Origin: an uncultured Bacteroidales bacterium
Lineage (GTDB): Bacteria; Bacteroidota; Bacteroidia; Bacteroidales; CAIWKO01
NCBI GenBank assembly: GCA_964626855.1
Contig: CAZVKJ010000002.1
Coordinates: forward strand, 101,852 to 165,851
DNA length: 64,000 nucleotides
Direction: 5' to 3'
The notes below the pieces were generated by a model. The model made no database searches and was not told the origin of the DNA. It saw only the letters and a program-made list of their open reading frames with translations. Shown here piece by piece: positions 37,411 through 46,400 of this stretch; within the stretch, counting starts at the first letter, position 1; each line of letters begins with the position of its first letter. The translations under genes and the position numbers were made by a program.

Positions 37411-40400
37411 GTGACATTTCGGCCTGAGTTAGGTGCGGGAATGCTTGTTACATCCGGTGATCCCGGCTCAGGAAATGCCCTGATAAAATTAACGGGCGTA
37501 GGTAATGCAACAGGATACATCATATTTGATGGAAGAGCCGGTGGTACGGGAAGTACAGTCGGATGGACAATAAGGAATACCAGGACAACATCAATAGTTG
37601 GCCCGGCTTTCCAGTTTACCAATGGTTGCGCTTACGATATTTTGCAGTATTGTCAGCTTGAAAGTTATAATACCACAGCTACCAGTGGCACAGTGTATCT
37701 TTATAATAGTTCTACCGGGCCGGCAAACAACCACCTGACTATTCAGAATTGTAATATCGGGCCTTACAGCACCTATTATCCTGTTAATGGTATTTGTGCA
37801 TACGGATATAGCACTACGTATCCAAACAGTTATATCAGTGTTCTGGACAATAATATCTATAATTTCCTACCGGGATCAACCGCTGTTGGAAGTGCTGTTT
37901 GTGTGACAGGCACAAGCACAAATACTAATTATGGCGATAACTGGACCATATCGGGGAACAGTATTTATAACAGCGTAACACAGGTTAACGGATATTATGT
38001 ATATCCTATTTATTTTATACCGGGGACCGGTTCAACAAACAATACCATTTCTAATAATTACATAGGGGGACAGTCTGCATTATGCGGCGGTACCGGCAGT
38101 CCCTGGGTATGTAAATCAACATCTTCTTCCGGTATTACCGTTCCAGCCTTTGCCGGGATGTTTATTAAAGCCGGATCTGCAACGATTACAGGTAATACCA
38201 TCAGTAATATTCAGATAAACAATACAAATCAGAACGGCCATGCTTTTGGAATAGATGTAGATGGCACATCGGGAAGTTCTGGCTTTATTATTACAGGAAA
38301 TACTATCGGGAATCCCAGCCCGTCAGGTAGCGCTGTGGGATTTCAAAATACCGGGGCAGCTGCGAATGGTGGAAGCGTTTGTGGAATTGTAAACCAGGCA
38401 GCGGGCAATATTACAATAGGTGCCGCAGGGTCAGGTAATGGTAATATCATTGCCAACCTTTCAAATGTGGGTTCAAGCGTCAATACTCCGGTTGCAGGGA
38501 TTGTTACTACTACAGGGGTTAATAGTATTGTGAATAATACAATTTTTAACCTTACTGCTGCGACACTTAATACTGCTACACAGGTGAACAGTATTCCTTT
38601 CGACGGATGTGTCGTTGGTATCCTTTCTTCTACTGCGGTAACGGGCCAGTTGAATATCAATGACAATACTATTTACAACCTGATAAGTTCTGGCACTTCT
38701 GCAGCAGCAACAAGGGCGGTCGGAATAAATGTTAATGGAATTCCGCCCTACGCTCTGGCTAATGGATCCCATTCTGTTGATGGTAATAAGATATATAATA
38801 TCTCAACTACAAATACAAATACATCTGCAATTATTGCCGGTATCAGGTTGTCGGGGTCCAGCAGTTCATCGGCGGTAAACTTTACCATCAGCAATAATAT
38901 GGTGATGCTGGGTTACCGCGGTGATGGGACCACAATAACCGGTTCGGCCCAAATATCCGGAATATTTGATAACTCAAGCGGTTATTCCGGAAATCCAACT
39001 TCATATGATAATAACATCAGGGTTTGGCATAACACTGTATATATAGGTGGAACAGGGGTTACAGGCGGAGCTGTGAATACGTATGCATTTTATAGGTATA
39101 ATACAAACTCCAGCCCGAAAAATGTTGAAAAGATTTACAATAACATATTCGTAAATGACAGGTCATATTCTGTAAGCGGAACCGGGTTTAACGCGGGAAT
39201 AGGACTGGACAATAACCTTACTTATTCACCCAATCTTTTAAGTACCGATTACAACCTGGTTTATGGAACAGGAGTGCAGTACCGATTCGGATATATTACA
39301 TCAACATCCTATGCCACAAAAGCAGCCTGGGTAGCAGCAAATGCTACATTTGATCCGAACAGCCAGACAACCAATCCCCAATTAATAGATCCAACCTCCA
39401 CCTCAGCGCCCGACCTGCATGTAAATACATCTGTTGTTACTCCCGTGGAAGGGGCAGGAACAGGAAGTTATACGATGACTTATGATTTTGATGGAGATAC
39501 CAGGGCTTCATTGACGCCTACAGATATTGTTGCCGATGCAGGAGATTTTCAGGGAGCCCCCAATATTTCCTATACTGCCCTGGCAAATACAAGCAGCCTT
39601 TCCAATGCACCTCATACAGCAACGATCACATCAGCAAATGGCATTAACGTTACATCTGGAACAAAGCCAAGAATTTATTTTAAGCGCACATATGAAGCAA
39701 ATACATTTGTTGATAATACCAATGCTACAGATGGATGGAAATATACTGAGGCAACAAACAGCTCTTCTCCGTTCACTTTTTTAATCGATTATTCTTTGCT
39801 GTATAACAGTGGTAGTATCCCTGTAGCAGCAGGTGATTACATCCAGTATTTTGTAGTAGCACAGGACAATAACGGAACACCTACCATTGGTATTAATTCT
39901 GGCGTATTTAATGCAACACCGTCAAGCGTGGATGATTATGCTAATATATTTCCTTTGGGTTCGCCGATCAACCAGTATTGGATATTACCTTCACAGGGTA
40001 GTTATACCATTGGTGTCACAGGCCGCCCGACAAACAATTACACATCCCTTACAAGAAACGATGGGTTCTTTGCGGGAATGGACGATCCTAATACACTTAT
40101 TTCCGGTGATATTACAATGAGCATAACAGCTGATATTTCTATTGAAGATGGCGCCAATGGCTTAAATCAATGGACAGAATCTCCACCAAACAATGTTTTT
40201 ACTGTTACTGTTCAGCCGGATGCGAGCGCCAACAGAAACGTATACGGTACTTATGCCGGTGGATTGTTCCGCCTGAACGGATGCGAAAGGGTAATATTCG
40301 ACGGAAGCAACGGTACCACCAGTAGGTATCTGACATTCTACAACAGCACTGCAGCTCAGCCAACATTTGTTTTTATCAACGATGCTACCGGCAATACACT

Positions 40401-43400
40401 GAATTATTGCAATATTTATAGCAGCAACACAAGTTCTTCCAGTGGAACAATTCTTTTCAGTACAGGAACATCGGCAGGAAATGATAATAATACAATAAGC
40501 AATTGTGATATTTATCAGGGATCCAGCGTTCCTTACAATGCCATTTATTCGCTTGGAAGTGCATCATACACAAATTCCGGAAATACGATAAAAGGTAATT
40601 TAATAAGAAATTTCACTAATTATGGTATTAATATATCCTCCACCGGTAATGGCGATGGTTGGACAATCGGTGGCGCCAATGCCCCGGACGGCAATAGTAT
40701 TTATAATGAATCTGCCAGAAGTACTGCGCTGGTTAATATTTATTTTGCGGCAGGCAGTAATCATACAATAAGGAATAACAGTATTTTCCATAATGCAGCA
40801 GCAAACACCAGTACATTTACAGGGATTCAGATAGCCGGCAGTGGTAATGGTATAACCATCAGGGATAATTATATAGGCGGCACTCAGGCACAATGTGGCG
40901 GAACAGCCTTATTAAGCAGCTATTCAGGAGCAGGCGCATTTATCGGAATTACTGCTGCTGTAGGAACAACAACCGATGCAGAAATTCATAATAATACAAT
41001 AAAAAATATTACCAACTCAGGAGCAGCATCGTCGTTCACGGGTATCGCTGTTACAGCAGGTATTGCAAATATTGGTACATCAGCAGGAAATACCATTGGA
41101 GATGTTTCTATTGCAAACAGCATCTCACTTTCGGGTTCCGGCGCAACGTCGCCCATAACGATCACCGGGGCGGGTAATGGCTCTGATATAAGCAACAATA
41201 CCATTGCCGGATTTACTACTTCTTCAAACAATGCCTTTGTTGGTATCACTCTCACCGTTGGGACAACAACCGCCACATCGGTACAGGGAAACACCATAAA
41301 GGAAATTACAATGAATGGTAATGTTGCCTCGTCTTTTAAAGGAATATATGTTACTGCCGGGAAAGTAAATATTGGTGATGTATCATCAAACAATATAGGT
41401 GATGCCAGTTTAACAGATTATAGCAGTATTACGTATGCCGGTACTTTAACCTGTTATGGTATTTATAGTGCGGCATCAGCAGCCTCGGTGATTTCAAATA
41501 ATTATATTGCAAATATCTATGCAAGCTATAATTCTTCTGGCACAGCTGTAATTCTATGCGGAATATATCATGTTACCAATGCCGTAGCTTTAACCATTAC
41601 TGGCAACACTATTAAATATCTCAAATCAAACTATGGTAATACTAATGCGCTGGGCGCAACTTCATCCGTTGAAGGAATTTCTGTCGCTACTTCTGCCGCC
41701 GGCAGCACAATATCTCAAAATACTATTCATACGCTTCAAAATACTTATGCAACAGGGGCAGCAAACCATATTGCAGGAATATATGCCAATTTGGCGACAT
41801 CAGGAACAAATATAGTCAGCAAAAATTTTGTTCATAGCTTAAAATCAACAAATGCTACTACTGCCGGTAGCTTATGCGGAATCTACCTGGCCGCAGGATT
41901 ATACACCTGCGATAATAATATGATACGCCTGGGCGTGGATGATGCGGGCGCCGATATTAATAACAATTATCTGATATATGGAATCTATCAGGCAAGCGCT
42001 GCGGTTAATTCAAATATTTATTTTAATTCGGTATATATAGGCGGCAGTGCAGTTGCTCCTGCTGGTGCCATCAATACTTATGGATTATTCCGCAACAATA
42101 CGATTGCAACAAATGTGAAAAATAATATTTTCATGAATGCCCGCTCTAACAATACAGGAACGGGGACACATTATAGTATTTCTATTTCGGCAATAACCGG
42201 GTATACCGGTGATAATAATCTTTTTTATACGCCCGGAACAGGCGGAAAAGTAGGTAAAGTGAGCACGACGGATTATGCCGACCTTACAGCATGGAAATCA
42301 GGTTCAACTCAGGACGCACTCAGTGTAAGCGGGGATCCTCATTTTTTGTATCCGGCTAATGATAATACAAGTTTAGACCTTCATATTGATGCTGCTTCCG
42401 GCACACAGGTCGAAAGCGGAGGTATTGAAATATCGGGAATTACATACGATTTTGATGCCGCAGGAACACGCCCCTCGGGCGGATATCCGCTTAGCGGTCA
42501 AACAAATGGAGGTGGCAATGCTCCTGATATAGGCGCCGATGAAGGCGATTTTGTCGGGGTTGATCTTACACCTCCAATGATTTCATACACCCCATTGAGC
42601 AGTTCGGTTGTCGCTACAGGCAGATCCTTTACTGATGTGGGCATAACTGACGCTTCAGGTGTAAATATAACCAATGGTACAAAATCAAGATGTTATTATA
42701 AAAAGTCAACCGATGCCAATACATACGCCGGCAATACCAGTTCTGACGATGGATGGAAGTACGTGGAGGCCAGCGGAACCACATCTCCGTTTAGTTTCTA
42801 CATAGATTATTCTATCCTTAACGGGGGATCGGTTGTTGCTAATGATATCATACAGTATTTTGTTGTGGCACAAGACCTGGCTCCTGCCATAAACGTTGGA
42901 ATTAATTCCGGGACATTTACATCCTATCCTGCAAGTGTTGATCTTGCCTCCGGCAATTTTCCGCTGACAGGAACAATAAATCAGTATACTATATTGCCTG
43001 GCGTCAATGCTGAGTATTATGTGGGAGCATCAAGCTGCAACGGGAATTCCCCGAATTATGCGACACTTACCGGAGCCTCCGGATTCTTTGCCTTTATGAA
43101 TACATCCGGCACATCAATGGTGATCGATAAGAATATTACAGTGTATATTACTTCAGATATTACCGAAACTGGTGTTAATGCATTAAATCAATGGACTGAG
43201 GATGGCAATGGACCATATACTCTTACCATTGTTCCTTGCGATGCTACCCTGAAAACGCTTTCGGGCAGTGTTTCAAGTAATGGACTAATTCCTATAAACG
43301 GCGCCGACAGAGTTATCTTTGATGGAAGATATGCAGGTTCCGGAAAATACCTGAAATTTAAAAACACATATGCAACAGCCGGTACGGCCGCTCCGACTTT

Positions 43401-46400
43401 TAAGCTTTATAATAATTCGACCTATAATACAATCGAATATTGCTATGTGGAAGGGCAACTGCAATATAGTGATACCTACAATCCGTCGAGTGGTGTTATT
43501 ATGCTGGGCACAAGTACGGCAGGCGGTGACGGCAATAGTTATAATACAGTATCAGACTGTGATGTTTATGGGGGCGGATCATCATGGTATGCTTCCACAT
43601 TAATTTATTCCTGTGGCCTTGCCGGAACACCCAATCATGATAATGCTATTTCAAATAACAATCTTTATAATTTCTGTTATGGGGGTGGCGGAACGACAAC
43701 AAGGGCGCACGCTATTAATATTACCGCAACAGGCAACGGAAGCAACTGGACCATTTCGGGAAACAGCATTTACAATACTTTTGTTAATGGCACCAATGTA
43801 CAAAGCGCAATAACATTCCTACCCGGCTCTTCATCAACCGGAAATATTATTTCAAATAACTGGATTGGCGGCAAAGCTCCTTTATGCGGAGCTGCCGGCA
43901 CACCATGGGAAAACAGTTATGATCCATATAACACAACAGAGACTATTTTATACGGGATGCAAATAAACGTAGGAACGATTACTATTGATGGAAATAATAT
44001 AACAAACATCAAAGCTTCTTCACCTGATTATACCGGTATTCAGTTGATAAAAATTGTAGGTTCGACGGTGGCTACAATTACAAATAATGTATTTGGAAGC
44101 GGCACAAACGGAACTCCGGATAATAGCAAAATCATTCAATGTTCGGGAGGTGCAGGCACATCATATGGCCCAGGGTATATTTATGGGATCTGGAACACGA
44201 GTAACACAACTTCAATGACTACATACGACAATAATGATTTTTATTATTTGTGGCAGAGTGGTGCGGGTTATGGCGGTTCAGTACAATGCATTGTTCACCA
44301 AACGGCTGGCCCGGCGACTATTACCAACAACCAAATTAACGGTCCGCAGGCTGTGGGTAGTGCTGATTATGGCGCAGGGTATAATAGTTTTGGTATTCGT
44401 GTTGAACCTACAGCATCTAACACTGGAAATATAATCAGAAATAATCGTGTTGCAGGTCCATATCTCAATAATACAAGTGCGCTTACCTATGAATCAGCCA
44501 ACTATGGAATACGGGTGTTTGTCAGTTCATATACAGTAAGTGGAACAATTGATAATAACGTGATCTGGGATATGCGCAATGCTGACCGCGCCGGTTATAC
44601 TGAAGGAATTTATATTTATTCAACTACAGGCGGCAACGGAAACTGGGATATCTATAACAATCAGATCACTCTGAAAAACAACGGAAGCACTTCAAATTGT
44701 GTGGGACTTTATGGTATTGATATCGCATTAAATTCAGCATCAACGACCACGATAAGGCACAACACTGTTTATATTGGCGGGTCTAATGGCGGGTCTCCTG
44801 TCGCCGGGCATGATTTTAGTTCATATTGTTACCTCCGCTTGCCCAATAGTTCGGGAACGGTGGTTGGCGATGCCGTTACTGTTCAGAACAATATTTTTAT
44901 TAATTCACGTTTAGTTGGTAATGGCTATGTTGCAGGGCATTTTGCAATAGCGAACCAGGGCACGTCAAACTATGCAACCAACTGGAATGTCAGCGATAAT
45001 AATTTCCTGTTTACAAATAATGGAACATATAACAAAATAGGTTGCTGGGGTTCAACAGCTCAGGCAACATTAGCAAACTGGCGCACCGCTTCATCAAAAG
45101 ATGCCAACAGCTATACTGCCACCGTCACCACGGGAGCTTCCAATTTTGCTTCCGGATTGCTCAACCCTGATAACTCATCATACCTGTTTAATAATCCTTT
45201 ATCTGATTTACATATTTCGATCAGCGACGGACAAAGCTATCAGTTTGTTGCCGACAGGGGCACAACAACTTCTATAACTACGGACTTTGACGGAGAGTCC
45301 AGGCCGATGGATGCTGCTCCTGATTTAGGCGCTGATGAGTTTACAGCAACTTGCACTAATCCTACCTTGTCGGGAGCTTCGCAGGCCGCCGAAGTATGTG
45401 GCAGTGGACCGGCAATCATAAATTTAACGGGACTTGTAGCCAGCAGCACTGACAATGCAATAGATTATACAATTAATGGAGTGCAGCAAACACAGGTCAC
45501 CGGTATTGATGCGGACGGATCGGGTAATGCCAGTTTTACAACCACATCACTGACAACCGGAAATAACGGCCACCAACTGGTGATTACAAAAATTACAAAT
45601 GGCGCCTGTTTTACTAATTTTTCACAAAGCGTTGTATTGCAGGTTACGGCAACTCCAACATTAACGGGGGCTTCGCAAGCATCTGCCGTTTGTGGCAGCG
45701 GCACAGCAACCATAAATATGACAGGCCTTGTCGCCAGCAGTACCGGTAATGCCATCGATTATACGATTAATGGTGTGCCACAAACACAGGTGACAGGTGT
45801 AAGCGCTGATGGTTCGGGTAATGCCAGCTTTACAACAACCTCACTGACCACGGGGAATAACGGCCAGCAATTAGTAATTACTGCGATCACAAACAACAGC
45901 TGTTCTTCTAATTTTTCACAAAGTGTTGTTTTGCAGGTATCAGCATTGCCAACTTTGACAGGCGCATCTCAGTCTGCAGTGGTTTGTGGTAGTGGTACCG
46001 CCACAATTGATATGACCGGCCTGGTTGCCGGCAGTACTGGCAATGCTATAGACTATACAATAAACAGTGTTCCGCAAACCCAGGTAACGGGAGTTAATGC
46101 TGACGGATCTGGTAATGCAAGTTTTGTAACTTCGGCTTTGACTACGGGAAATAACGGCCAGCAATTGGTTATTACAAAAATCACGAATGGCACCTGCTAT
46201 ACTGATTTTACCCAGTCTGTTGTTTTGCAGGTTGAAGTTTCACCAACCTTAACCGGGGCATCTCAGGCCTCATTGGTTTGCGGCAGTGGTGAGGCTACAA
46301 TAAACATGTCGGGTCTGGTGGCCGGCAGTACGGGTAATGCTATTGATTATACGATCAACGGCGTTCCACAAACACAAATCACCGGAATTAATGCAAATGG

